Below, in pieces: positions 10,230-20,532 of a stretch of 64,000 nucleotides of DNA (positions are counted from its first letter, which is position 1; each line of letters opens with the position of its first letter). The translations under genes and the position numbers were made by a program. The notes under the pieces are model-generated. The model was not told the DNA's origin. It saw nothing but the letters and a program-made list of their open reading frames with translations, and made no database searches. The DNA lies in contig JBAZKC010000003.1 in NCBI GenBank assembly GCA_041651035.1, forward strand, positions 69,153 to 133,152, given 5' to 3'. The DNA comes from Candidatus Omnitrophota bacterium. Lineage in GTDB: Bacteria; Omnitrophota; Gorgyraeia; Gygaellales; Profunditerraquicolaceae.

Positions 10230-11468
10230 ATGGATGCTAAACCCAAGATCTATATAATTGATGTGACTAACCGCGACGGAGTGCAGACTTCCCGCATCTG
10301 CCTTTCCAAACTGCAGAAGACGATGATAAACCTGTATTTAGATGAGCTGGGGGTATTCCAGTCAGAGTTCGGCTTTCCCGTTACGCGCCATGAGACAAAT
10401 TATTTAAACGCTAATCTGGAATTGGCCAAGAAGGAGGCATTCCATTCTCTAAGATTAGAAGGATGGGTGAGGGCGACAAGAGACGATGTAAAGGCGGCTT
10501 TCCGGTTAGTGCCGCATATAAAACACCTGAACTTGTCTATTTCTACCTCGGACCAGATGATCCTGCATAAATTTAAAGGAAAGCTTGACCATGAGTCGGT
10601 GATAAAAGAAATGAGAGAAGCAGCAGGAGAGGCGATCAGATCCGGAGCCGAATCCATCGGCGTAAACGCCGAGGATGCTTCGCGGACCAGGATGGATTAT
10701 CTGATTGAATTCGCTTTAGCGGCAAAAGAGGCAGGCGCCCACAGGATCCGCTATTGCGATACGTTAGGCTGCGATACGCCTTTTTCTATTTATGAAAGGA
10801 TAAAGCTTCTGGCGGAAGCGACCTCTATGCCTATAGAGATACATTGCCATAATGACTTGGGTCTGGTAGTGGCAAATTCCATTGCCGGGGCAAAAGCCGC
10901 CTGTGATTCAGGAGTAGATGCCTACATAAATACCTGTGTTAACGGCATGGGTGAGCGGGCGGGGAATGCCGATCTGGTTTCGGTGATCTTGAGCCTTAAA
11001 TACGGCAACGGCATGCAGGAATACGCTCTTAGCGAAAAGATCAATTTAAAGGCGGCCTGGAAGATCTGCAAATACGCCTCGTATGCTTTTGGCGTGCCGA
11101 TACCCATAAACCAGCCGGGCGTAGGGGCTAATGCCTTCGCGCATGAATCAGGTATTCATGCCGATGGAGCCTTAAAAGACAGGCGTAACTATGAACTTTA
11201 TGATTTTGAGGAATTAGGGCGGGGAGAGCCGGAGATCATTGAGACCGGACGCAAGATTACCGCGGGTGAATATTCAGGGATCAAGGGTTTTAGGAATGTA
11301 TATGAAAAATTAGAAGTGGAATTCAGCGACAACAAAGAGGCAACAGAAGTCCTGGAATTGGTCAGATACGCCAATGTCCATAACCAGAAGCCGTTAGTAG
11401 ACGATGAGTTGAAATTCATCGCCAAGTATCCGGATATCGCGCGCAAGATATTTACCATGACACCATAA
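10230..11468 (+). CDS. HMGL-like 2-isopropylmalate/homocitrate/citramalate synthase family protein (no LeuA C-terminal regulatory domain)
   Basis: DVTNRDGVQ and HCHNDLGLVVANSIAGAKAA motifs of the DRE-TIM aldolase family. 412 aa. Confidence 0.75.
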   Translation: MDAKPKIYIIDVTNRDGVQTSRICLSKLQKTMINLYLDELGVFQSEFGFPVTRHETNYLNANLELAKKEAFHSLRLEGWVRATRDDVKAAFRLVPHIKHLNLSISTSDQMILHKFKGKLDHESVIKEMREAAGEAIRSGAESIGVNAEDASRTRMDYLIEFALAAKEAGAHRIRYCDTLGCDTPFSIYERIKLLAEATSMPIEIHCHNDLGLVVANSIAGAKAACDSGVDAYINTCVNGMGERAGNADLVSVILSLKYGNGMQEYALSEKINLKAAWKICKYASYAFGVPIPINQPGVGANAFAHESGIHADGALKDRRNYELYDFEELGRGEPEIIETGRKITAGEYSGIKGFRNVYEKLEVEFSDNKEATEVLELVRYANVHNQKPLVDDELKFIAKYPDIARKIFTMTP

Positions 11469-12752
<1,284 letters not shown>

Positions 12753-12780
12753 AGACAGGGCTTATTGTCCGAATTAACCC

Positions 12781-12809
12781 TTGACTAGAATTAAGGCTTA
12801 TGTTATAGT
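12781..12809 (+). promoter_or_regulatory. sigma70-like promoter (TTGACT-17 nt-TATAGT) for the OmpA-like operon
   Basis: TTGACT at 12781-12786, 17-nt spacer, TATAGT at 12804-12809. Located ~30 nt upstream of the 12837 start and its AGGAGAGG SD. Confidence 0.5.
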
Positions 12810-12836
12810 TACAATTCAGAAAAGGAGAGGTGAATT

Positions 12837-13496
12837 ATGAAAACCAAATTGTTAAAAACAGTATTAATAGTACTTACCAGCGTTTCATTAGCCGGATGCA
12901 CGTTTATCTTTCAGGGGGGCAGGCGTTCGGATGCCCGGAAGATCCAGGAGTTATCCGCGCAGTTAGACGAATTAGCCAATACGAAGAAGCTTCTTGAGGA
13001 TAAACTTGGGCAGGAGATCCAGGATAAGCAGGTAAAACTGCAGATGATGGAGAAGGGCCTGGTTATTACCGTAGTAGGCGACCTTTTATTTGATTCAGGC
13101 AAATCCAAGATAAGGCATGAAGCATATCCTGTGTTGGATAAAGTAGCGCAGGTATTGCAGGAAAATGTGCCGCAGTTAAAAGTGGGAATAGAGGGCCATA
13201 CTGATAATCAGCCCATCAGGCATTCCGGATGGAAATCGAACTGGGAATTATCTACATCCCGCGCCTTAAGCGTCCTGCATTATCTGGTTAATGAAAAAGG
13301 GGTATCGCCTGACCGTTTATCGGCGATAGGTTATGGTGAGTATCATCCGGTTGCCGGAAATGATACGAAAGACGGCCGCCAGTTGAACCGCAGAGTTGAA
13401 ATTGTGATCCTGCCGCAAGTTACAAAAATAAAGGACATGAAAACAGAAGCAGTAAAAGAAGTGGCTCTTAAGGAACCGGCAGAGAATCTTAAATAA
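12837..13496 (+). CDS. OmpA/MotB-family lipoprotein (peptidoglycan-associated)
   Basis: Lipobox LAGC. C-terminal OmpA-like domain with GHTDNQPI ... NRRVEIVI. Confidence 0.85.
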   Translation: MKTKLLKTVLIVLTSVSLAGCTFIFQGGRRSDARKIQELSAQLDELANTKKLLEDKLGQEIQDKQVKLQMMEKGLVITVVGDLLFDSGKSKIRHEAYPVLDKVAQVLQENVPQLKVGIEGHTDNQPIRHSGWKSNWELSTSRALSVLHYLVNEKGVSPDRLSAIGYGEYHPVAGNDTKDGRQLNRRVEIVILPQVTKIKDMKTEAVKEVALKEPAENLK

Positions 13497-13524
13497 GTCA
13501 AGATAAACAAGGGGTTTTTACTCT

Positions 13525-13893
13525 ATGGATGAGACCATTAAAAACAGGATTATTTTAATATTAGCTATATTGACCGCGATATTCTTTATCGCTACGGTGA
13601 ATTCCTGCACTAACGCGTCGCGCCAGAAATACGCGCGCGATAAAGAAATGTCCACCAGGCTGGACTTAGAAGAGAAGATGGGCAAGTTCACGCAGGAAAA
13701 AACCGCCTTAGAGGCGGCATTAGCGGAAGAAAAAGCCGCCCATCAGGCTACGAAAAAAGCCTTGGTGCAGGAGCAATTAGTGAACCAGAGCGTGAAAGAA
13801 GAACTTCATAAGGTGACTAAGCTAAAAGAAGCCCTGGAGGAAGACCTTAAAGAGGCGTTAGTCCAGAGCAAGTCAGCGAAATCTAGAAAATGA
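13525..13893 (+). CDS. hypothetical membrane-anchored coiled-coil protein
   Basis: One N-terminal TM helix (IILILAILTAIFFIATV), then an E/K/A-rich heptad-like region. Co-operonic with the OmpA-like gene. Confidence 0.45.
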   Translation: MDETIKNRIILILAILTAIFFIATVNSCTNASRQKYARDKEMSTRLDLEEKMGKFTQEKTALEAALAEEKAAHQATKKALVQEQLVNQSVKEELHKVTKLKEALEEDLKEALVQSKSAKSRK

Positions 13894-13931
13894 AATAGGG
13901 AGGGGCGGGGAAAGAACGGCTTTTTTGTTCT

Positions 13932-13962
13932 AAAAAAGGGGATATAATCATCCCCTTTTTTA
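13932..13962. terminator. intrinsic terminator hairpin flanked by A-run and T-run (potentially bidirectional)
   Basis: AAAAAA-GGGGATATAATCATCCCC-TTTTTT. Perfect 6-bp G/C-rich stem at 13938-13955, U-tract 13956-13961. Confidence 0.6.
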
Positions 13963-13998
13963 TTCAGCTTGCCTTACAGCAGGAGAGGGAGGTAAACC

Positions 13999-15000
13999 AT
14001 GGCGGTATTACGTAAAGCAAAAAAGAAGTTGAAGAAAATAACGCAAAAAAAGAAAGCCATAAGGAAGAAAGAACAAAAACCTGCCCGAAAGGATGCTGTT
14101 ACAGAAATCGAAACAGGCGTTCTGGGCGCTCAGGAAGCAGCTATCGGGCAGACAAAGTTTTCTCATCCGGAAGCAGCCCGTCCGCGCAGGGAACTACCCG
14201 CCGATCTGCCTTACCGTTATGACCAGGACAGAATAGTGTTACAGGTCCGCGATCCCTGGTGGATACATACCTATTGGGAGGTCAGGGGCGCGACATTAGA
14301 AAAGTTAAGGAATGATCTCAAGGATGAATTCCCCCGGGCAAAATACGTCCTGCGTGTTTACGATGTCAGCCAGATTATTTTTAACGGCAGCAATGCCCAC
14401 AGGTTCTTTGATATACAGATAAATGAATCCGCGAGTAACTGGTATATTAATACCAGGGGCCCGGGAAGGTCCTGGTGCGTAGACTTAGGTTTACTATTGC
14501 CTGGGGGCAGATTCATTACCATAGCGCGTTCGAATATAGTGGAAACGCCTTCAGAAGGCCCGTCCTGGATCACCGATGAGGAGTGGATGATCCCGGAAGA
14601 GATGTTCGCCCGGCTTTACGGCATGGGTTTCGGGCTGGGGCAAAGTTCTCCGGTCGGCAAGGCCTGGCAGGAAAGAGTAAAAAGAGAACTTTTCTCAGGG
14701 GTATTGTCTTCTCCAGGGATCACTTCTGTGACCAGCCCCGCAAAAAAGATGCCCAAAGGAAAGAAATTCTGGATGGTAGTAGATTGTGAATTGATAGTTT
14801 ACGGCGCTACGGAATCCGATGCTAAAGTTACTGTCCAGGGCAGAGAAATAAAATTAAGGCCGGACGGGACTTTTACTTTAAGGTTCGCGCTGCCGGACGG
14901 TAAACAGGTTATACCGGTAAAAGCGGCATCTTGCGATAATGTGGAAGAACGCACCATTACTCCTATTATAAATAGAGAAACTCAAATCCGTAACCCCTGA
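13999..15000 (+). CDS. DUF4912-like protein of the kind found next to GH57 glycogen branching enzymes
   Basis: Basic K-rich N-terminus, then ELPADLPYRYDQDRIVLQVRDPWWIHTYWEV. Located immediately upstream of the GH57 gene. Confidence 0.5.
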   Translation: MAVLRKAKKKLKKITQKKKAIRKKEQKPARKDAVTEIETGVLGAQEAAIGQTKFSHPEAARPRRELPADLPYRYDQDRIVLQVRDPWWIHTYWEVRGATLEKLRNDLKDEFPRAKYVLRVYDVSQIIFNGSNAHRFFDIQINESASNWYINTRGPGRSWCVDLGLLLPGGRFITIARSNIVETPSEGPSWITDEEWMIPEEMFARLYGMGFGLGQSSPVGKAWQERVKRELFSGVLSSPGITSVTSPAKKMPKGKKFWMVVDCELIVYGATESDAKVTVQGREIKLRPDGTFTLRFALPDGKQVIPVKAASCDNVEERTITPIINRETQIRNP

Positions 15001-15005
15001 TAAAA

Positions 15006-16586
15006 ATGCACAAAGGATATCTCTGTATAGTGCTGCACGGCCATCTTCCTTTTGTCAGGCATCCTGAGCATGAAGATTTCTTAGAGGAGGGCTGGCTCTA
15101 TGAGGCGATAACCGAAACGTATATCCCCTTGATATCGCTCTTTGAAAAATTAGTAGAGGATAAAATAGATTTCCGGATGACTTTGACCCTAAGCCCGACG
15201 CTCGTTTCCATGCTTTGTGATCCGTTACTTCAGGAGCGGTATTTAAAACACATAAACAAGCTTATTGAGTTAGCGCATAAGGAAATAGAGCGGACGAATT
15301 GGCAGCCTGATTTCCAGAAGCTGGCTATTATGTATTTAAGCCAGTTTTCTAAAGCGCGGGATAGCTTCGAGAAATATAACCGTAATCTCGCCTCTGCCTT
15401 TAAGGTTTTTCAGGACTTGGGTAAATTAGAGATCATTACCTGCGCGGCAACTCATGGATATTTGCCGCTTATGGATGTCTCTAGGGCATCGGTAAGAGCG
15501 CAGATCAAAGTGGCAGCCAGCCATTATGAAAGCGTATTCGGCAGGCGCCCCCGCGGGATATGGCTGCCGGAATGCGGCTACCATCCCGGCCACGACGAGA
15601 TACTGAAAGAGGCAGGGATACGTTATTTCTTTACTGATGCCCATGGGGTATTGCATGGCACTCCGCGGCCAAAATACGGCGTATTCGCTCCGGTTTACTG
15701 CCGCGGGACGGGTGTAGCCTGTTTTAGCAGGGACCTGGAATCATCCAAGCAGGTTTGGTCTTCTATCGAAGGCTATCCGGGAGATTATAATTACCGCGAA
15801 TTCTACCGGGACGCGGGTTTTGACCTGGAATACGATTATATAAGGCCATATATACATCCTGACGGGATAAGGGTAAATACGGGGATAAAATATTACCGTA
15901 TCACCGGAGCAGGGGACCATAAAGAGCCTTATGTGCCTGGCTGGGCGAGAGAGAAGTGCGCCGAGCAGGCGGGGAATTTCATGTTTAACCGCCAGAAACA
16001 GATAGAGCATCTTTTTGGCTTAATGGGGAAGAAACCCATAATCATTTCTCCGTATGACGCGGAATTATTCGGCCACTGGTGGTTTGAAGGGCCGCTCTGG
16101 CTGGATTTTCTTTTCAGGAAGATCGCCTGTGACCAGGATGAAATACGCCTGATCACTCCGTCGGAATACCTGGCGGAGAATCCGCGTAACCAGGTGATCA
16201 GCCCGTCTTTATCCAGCTGGGGATTAAAGGGCTATAGCGAGATGTGGCTGCAGGGCTCAAATGACTGGATTTACCGGCACTTACACTTGGCGTCAGAGAG
16301 AATGACCGAGTTGGTAAAGAACGCCTCTGATCCTAACGGCTTATCCCGGAGGGCGTTAAACCAGGCGCTGCGGGAATTACTTTTGGCCCAGAGTTCCGAT
16401 TGGGCGTTTATTATGGGCACAGGTACGCATACCAGTTACGCGGTCCGCCGCACAAAAGATCACCTCTTAAGGTTCGGCCGTCTATATGAAGATATAAAGT
16501 CAAACTCCATTGACGAAGATTGGCTGTCTGATATTGAATACAAGGATAATATATTCCCTAATATAGATTACCGGGTCCACCAGTAA
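15006..16586 (+). CDS. GH57-family 1,4-alpha-glucan branching enzyme
   Basis: N-terminus LCIVLHGHLPFVRHPEHEDFLEEGWLYEAITETYIPL typical of GH57. 526 aa. Confidence 0.8.
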   Translation: MHKGYLCIVLHGHLPFVRHPEHEDFLEEGWLYEAITETYIPLISLFEKLVEDKIDFRMTLTLSPTLVSMLCDPLLQERYLKHINKLIELAHKEIERTNWQPDFQKLAIMYLSQFSKARDSFEKYNRNLASAFKVFQDLGKLEIITCAATHGYLPLMDVSRASVRAQIKVAASHYESVFGRRPRGIWLPECGYHPGHDEILKEAGIRYFFTDAHGVLHGTPRPKYGVFAPVYCRGTGVACFSRDLESSKQVWSSIEGYPGDYNYREFYRDAGFDLEYDYIRPYIHPDGIRVNTGIKYYRITGAGDHKEPYVPGWAREKCAEQAGNFMFNRQKQIEHLFGLMGKKPIIISPYDAELFGHWWFEGPLWLDFLFRKIACDQDEIRLITPSEYLAENPRNQVISPSLSSWGLKGYSEMWLQGSNDWIYRHLHLASERMTELVKNASDPNGLSRRALNQALRELLLAQSSDWAFIMGTGTHTSYAVRRTKDHLLRFGRLYEDIKSNSIDEDWLSDIEYKDNIFPNIDYRVHQ

Positions 16587-16613
16587 CAGAGAGCTGTTTA
16601 CCGGTCGCAAATC

Positions 16614-17330
16614 ATGGTCGATAAAAATAATATCCCTAAGCATGTGGCGATAATCATGGATGGTAACGGCCGTTGGGCCAAAGAGCGGGGATTGTCCCGT
16701 ACCGCCGGCCACCGTAAAGGTATCGAAAGGGTCCAGGAGGTTATGGATGCTGCCAGGGAAATGGGTGTTGAGGTAGTAACATTATTTGCTTTTTCCGCGG
16801 AAAACTGGGGCCGGCCCCAAAAAGAGATCGATATGCTGATGCGTTCTTTGAATAATTTCCTGGACAAGCAAACCAAGAAATTAAACAGGGATAATATAAA
16901 GTTTAAGGCTATCGGGCAGGAAAAGCCTTTACCGGGCTATATACAGGATAAGATCAAGAAAGTAGAGCAAGCGACTAAGAATAACACGGGATTAACTATG
17001 GTCATGGCTTTAAATTACGGGGGAAGGCAGGAAATAGTGGCCGCGGCAAAAAGATTCGCGCATTCTGTGTTAAAGGGCGAGTCCGGTATAGATGACTTAG
17101 ACGCGGAAAGTTTTAGCCGTTATCTTTATACCGCCGGCTTACCAGACCCTGATTTGTTGATCCGCACCAGCGGAGAGATAAGGATAAGTAATTTTTTACT
17201 CTGGCAGCTTTCTTACGCGGAGCTGTATTTCCCTAAAAAGCATTGGCCGGATTTTAAACGCGAAGATTTCAGGAAAGCGGTCCGGGAATACCAAAAGAGG
17301 GAAAGAAGGTTCGGGGAGATCAAATGTTAA
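16614..17330 (+). CDS. uppS: undecaprenyl diphosphate synthase (cis-isoprenyl transferase)
   Basis: HVAIIMDGNGRWA and FSAENWGRP motifs. Confidence 0.95.
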   Translation: MVDKNNIPKHVAIIMDGNGRWAKERGLSRTAGHRKGIERVQEVMDAAREMGVEVVTLFAFSAENWGRPQKEIDMLMRSLNNFLDKQTKKLNRDNIKFKAIGQEKPLPGYIQDKIKKVEQATKNNTGLTMVMALNYGGRQEIVAAAKRFAHSVLKGESGIDDLDAESFSRYLYTAGLPDPDLLIRTSGEIRISNFLLWQLSYAELYFPKKHWPDFKREDFRKAVREYQKRERRFGEIKC

Positions 17331-18118
17331 AAAACAGGATAATCACTTCAACAATACTCATCGGAGTTATCGGAGGGGTTATATTTGTTGACTGGCTGTG
17401 CGGGTTATTAGTGGCTGCTTTTATTATCGCGGGTTTATACGAATTTTTCACCATGCTGGAGCGTAAAGGGATAAGCATATATAAATATGTCGGCATAGGC
17501 ATAGGCGCCATAATCCCTCTTTCTATAGTTTTCCGCTTTGAGCCTACCAGGAAATGGGAATTACTGTGTATTGTTCTAATATTACTATTCCTGATCATTA
17601 TGCAATTCAGGCGCCGCCAGAACAGCGGAGCTATAGTGGGGATCTCGACAACCATATTCGGCATAGTTTATGTTTCCTGGCTTCTTTCGTTTTTGATAAA
17701 GATAAGGTATCTTGAAGGAGGGCTGGGCCTGTTAGCTGCGGTATTGCTTATTACCAAATTAAGCGATATAGGCGCCTATCTTATAGGGATGCGTTTCGGG
17801 AAAACTCCTTTGATCCCCCGCATAAGCCCGAAGAAATCCGTGGAGGGTTCTATCGGGGGTCTGGTTTTCGGCGTATCAGGGTCCTTGGCGGCAAGTTCGT
17901 TCTTGCAGTTGTCATTTTTGCATACCATATCGCTGGGTATATGCTTAAGCGTTTTGGCTCAATTAGGGGATTTGTCCGAATCCTTGATGAAACGCGACTG
18001 CCAGGTAAAGGACTCCGGAAATATCTTCCCGGGTTTAGGCGGAGTTTTAGATACGATCGACAGCCTGCTCTTTACCGCTCCGGCATTTTATTTTTACATG
18101 GTACTTATTTTGAAATAA
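17324..18118 (+). CDS. cdsA: phosphatidate cytidylyltransferase
   Basis: Polytopic membrane protein with CTP_transf_1 signature SDIGAYLIGMRFGKTPLIPRISPKKSVEG. Confidence 0.9.
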   Translation: MLKNRIITSTILIGVIGGVIFVDWLCGLLVAAFIIAGLYEFFTMLERKGISIYKYVGIGIGAIIPLSIVFRFEPTRKWELLCIVLILLFLIIMQFRRRQNSGAIVGISTTIFGIVYVSWLLSFLIKIRYLEGGLGLLAAVLLITKLSDIGAYLIGMRFGKTPLIPRISPKKSVEGSIGGLVFGVSGSLAASSFLQLSFLHTISLGICLSVLAQLGDLSESLMKRDCQVKDSGNIFPGLGGVLDTIDSLLFTAPAFYFYMVLILK

Positions 18119-18302
18119 GTTATATGGCTCAAACTTACCCCGCCTCGTAAGATATGCCAAAATTCTCTTCGTTCCCTTTAAGGAACTCTGCTAATTTTGA
18201 CATATTCGGCGGGATAATTCGCAGACGCTTATTTAGCATCAAAGAGAGGCAGCTATAATTTACGTCGCTCCTTCGGAGTCTCCGTAAATTATCTGCTCAT
18301 TA
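18119..18302 (+). repeat. copy A of a repeated structured intergenic element (candidate cis-regulatory RNA/sRNA or MITE-like repeat)
   Basis: Shares with copy B (42539-42685) the motifs CTCGTAA, AAAATTCTCTT, a GTTCC/GGAAC hairpin and the 17-nt core TCGGCGGGATAATTCGC. Its long 3' hairpin arms (GCAG[CT]ATAATTTACG / CGTAAATTATCTGC) differ in sequence from B but stay complementary. Both copies end GCTCATTAA. Confidence 0.45.
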
Positions 18303-19457
18303 ATGAAACGCATTGCCATATTAGGTTCAACCGGTTCGATAGGCGTAAATGCTTTAAAAGTGATCAGGCATTTTCCCGACAGGTTTCAGGTCACAGGGCT
18401 AAGTACTAATTCCAGCATTGATATATTGTATGAGCAAATAAAAGAATTCCGCCCTTTGTTTGTCTGCGTCGGGGACGCAAAGGCGGGCAGGGAATTGAAG
18501 GGCAGGCTTAAACCCTCCACCAGGCTTTTAGTCGGAAAGGAAGGTTTGGAAGCCCTGGCCGCGGACGCAAAAGTTGATGAGGTCCTCTTGGCGATAAGCG
18601 GTTTTTGCGCGCTATCGCCTTTATTAAAGGCGATAGAATCCGGTAAGCAAGTCGCGCTGGCAAATAAAGAGGCATTAGTCGCGGCAGGGTCTATAGTAAT
18701 GAATAGGGCGGCTTCCCACAAAGTAAATATCATTCCTGTGGATAGCGAGCAATCAGCGATCTGGCAGTGCCTGGAAGGGGAGAGGCTAAGCGGGCTAAAG
18801 AAGATCTATCTTACCGCTTCAGGAGGGCCTTTTTGGCAGGCCCGGCGCCAAGACCTGAAAAGCGTTACCATAAAGAAGGTCTTGGATCATCCCAGGTGGA
18901 AAATGGGCAAGAAGATCAGCGTTGATTCCGCCAGCCTCATGAATAAAGGCTTAGAGCTTTTAGAGGCGATGTTTTTGTTTAATGTCGCAAGCGATAAAAT
19001 AGAGATAATTCTGCATCCGGAAGCCGTGGTTCATTCCATGGTGGAATTCATAGATGGATCTATATTGGCGCAATTGTCAGCTACCGATATGCGTATTCCC
19101 ATACAGTATGCTTTTTCCTATCCGGAGAGGCTGCCTAACGCCTCCAGTAGCATAGATTTTTGCAAATTGAGAAATTTGCATTTCCAAGCTCCGGACTTCA
19201 GGAAGTTCCCTTGTTTAGGCTTGGCTTACCGGGCCGCGGATGAACTGGGGACTATGCCAGCGGTTTTAAACGCCGCCAATGAAGTAAGCGTAGAAGCGTT
19301 TTTGAATAAGAAGATCAAGTTTGTTTCCATACCCAAAGTTATTGAAAAAGTCTTAGACAGCCACCGCAATAAGCTCGATCCTGATTTAAGCGATATATTG
19401 CATGCGGATGAATGGGCCAGACTTAAGGCCCATGACAATGTCAGGAGATTAAACTAA
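18303..19457 (+). CDS. dxr: 1-deoxy-D-xylulose 5-phosphate reductoisomerase
   Basis: IAILGSTGSIGVNAL N-terminus. 384 aa. No SD upstream; the start codon abuts element A. Confidence 0.95.
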   Translation: MKRIAILGSTGSIGVNALKVIRHFPDRFQVTGLSTNSSIDILYEQIKEFRPLFVCVGDAKAGRELKGRLKPSTRLLVGKEGLEALAADAKVDEVLLAISGFCALSPLLKAIESGKQVALANKEALVAAGSIVMNRAASHKVNIIPVDSEQSAIWQCLEGERLSGLKKIYLTASGGPFWQARRQDLKSVTIKKVLDHPRWKMGKKISVDSASLMNKGLELLEAMFLFNVASDKIEIILHPEAVVHSMVEFIDGSILAQLSATDMRIPIQYAFSYPERLPNASSSIDFCKLRNLHFQAPDFRKFPCLGLAYRAADELGTMPAVLNAANEVSVEAFLNKKIKFVSIPKVIEKVLDSHRNKLDPDLSDILHADEWARLKAHDNVRRLN

Positions 19458-19461
19458 ATAT

Positions 19462-20532
19462 ATGATCGCCCTTATTATTTTCATATTTATTCTAAGCGTA
19501 ATAATCATTATCCATGAGCTTGGGCATTTTATGGCAGCCAAGAAGACGGGAGTCCGTGTTGAACAATTTTCTCTGGGGTTCGGCCCGCGGTTGTTCAAAA
19601 AGAAAAAGCAGGATACGGAATACAGTATCAGCGCGATACCGCTGGGAGGGTTTGTGAAGTTCTCCGGAGATAACCCGGAAGAATACACGGGTAAAAGTTA
19701 CGAGTATCTTTCTAAATCTCCGGGCCAGCGCTTCCAGATAATATTCTTAGGGCCTTTCTTAAATTACGTATTGGGATTTTTATGTTTTTGGATAATATTC
19801 TTCGCGGGTTACCCTACGTTTACTACTAAAGTAGGGGGTTTGCTTGATGGTTTTGGAGCCAGGGAGGCAGGGTTACAAGTTGGCGATAAGATCACGGCCA
19901 TAGATGGAGAGAAGGTGGCTTTCTGGGAGGACCTGCAGAATATAATCCAGAGTAAAGAGCAGCCTTCTAAGGTGAAACTTTCTATCTTGCGTGATAATAA
20001 AGAATTTACAGTGGATGTCCAGATAAAAGAAAAAGAATCGGGCGGGCGCCCGGGGCATAAACGCAAAGTAGGCTTACTGGGCATAGCGCCTTCGGATGAG
20101 ATCGTGAAGGTAAGGCACGGGTTCTTTGAATCTTTCCTCCTGGGGATAAAGAAGACCTGGAGCCTGACAGCTTTAACTTATAAGTCATTATGGCATATGG
20201 TAACAGGAAAAATATCCATACGCGAATCAGTAACCGGGCCGTTGGGTATTTTTGATATAACGTCTAAAGCGGCAAGCTTAGGGATAATCGCGGTCTTGCA
20301 CCTGGTAGCGGTATTAAGCATAAGTTTAGGTATATTTAACCTGCTGCCTTTACCGGTATTAGACGGCGGGCATATTTTACTCTTAGGCATAGAAAAGATA
20401 AGAGGCAGGGCTTTGGGTATTAAAGCCGAACGCGTTATTACGCAGATAGGTGTTACGTTAATTGTATCTTTAGCGGTATTTGTGACTTATAATGATATCT
20501 TAAGGCTCTTTGGAGACAAGGTATTAAGATGA
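19462..20532 (+). CDS. rseP: RIP site-2 zinc metalloprotease
   Basis: HELGHF zinc motif, PDZ domain, C-terminal LDGG. 356 aa. Confidence 0.9.
   Translation: MIALIIFIFILSVIIIIHELGHFMAAKKTGVRVEQFSLGFGPRLFKKKKQDTEYSISAIPLGGFVKFSGDNPEEYTGKSYEYLSKSPGQRFQIIFLGPFLNYVLGFLCFWIIFFAGYPTFTTKVGGLLDGFGAREAGLQVGDKITAIDGEKVAFWEDLQNIIQSKEQPSKVKLSILRDNKEFTVDVQIKEKESGGRPGHKRKVGLLGIAPSDEIVKVRHGFFESFLLGIKKTWSLTALTYKSLWHMVTGKISIRESVTGPLGIFDITSKAASLGIIAVLHLVAVLSISLGIFNLLPLPVLDGGHILLLGIEKIRGRALGIKAERVITQIGVTLIVSLAVFVTYNDILRLFGDKVLR

Noticed and set aside
17941-18150. The + strand ORF 17941-18150 (69 aa, Arg-rich) extending from inside cdsA into element A.
   Set aside because: It is out of frame inside the conserved cdsA 3' end, its composition is typical of frame-shifted coding sequence, and it has no start signals.
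18119-18302. tRNA, SRP RNA, tmRNA or RNase P in the two long spacers.
   Set aside because: There is no cloverleaf with a GTTCRA T-loop and no SRP domain IV motif. The size and motifs do not fit RNase P or tmRNA. The conserved blocks match nothing I know by consensus.
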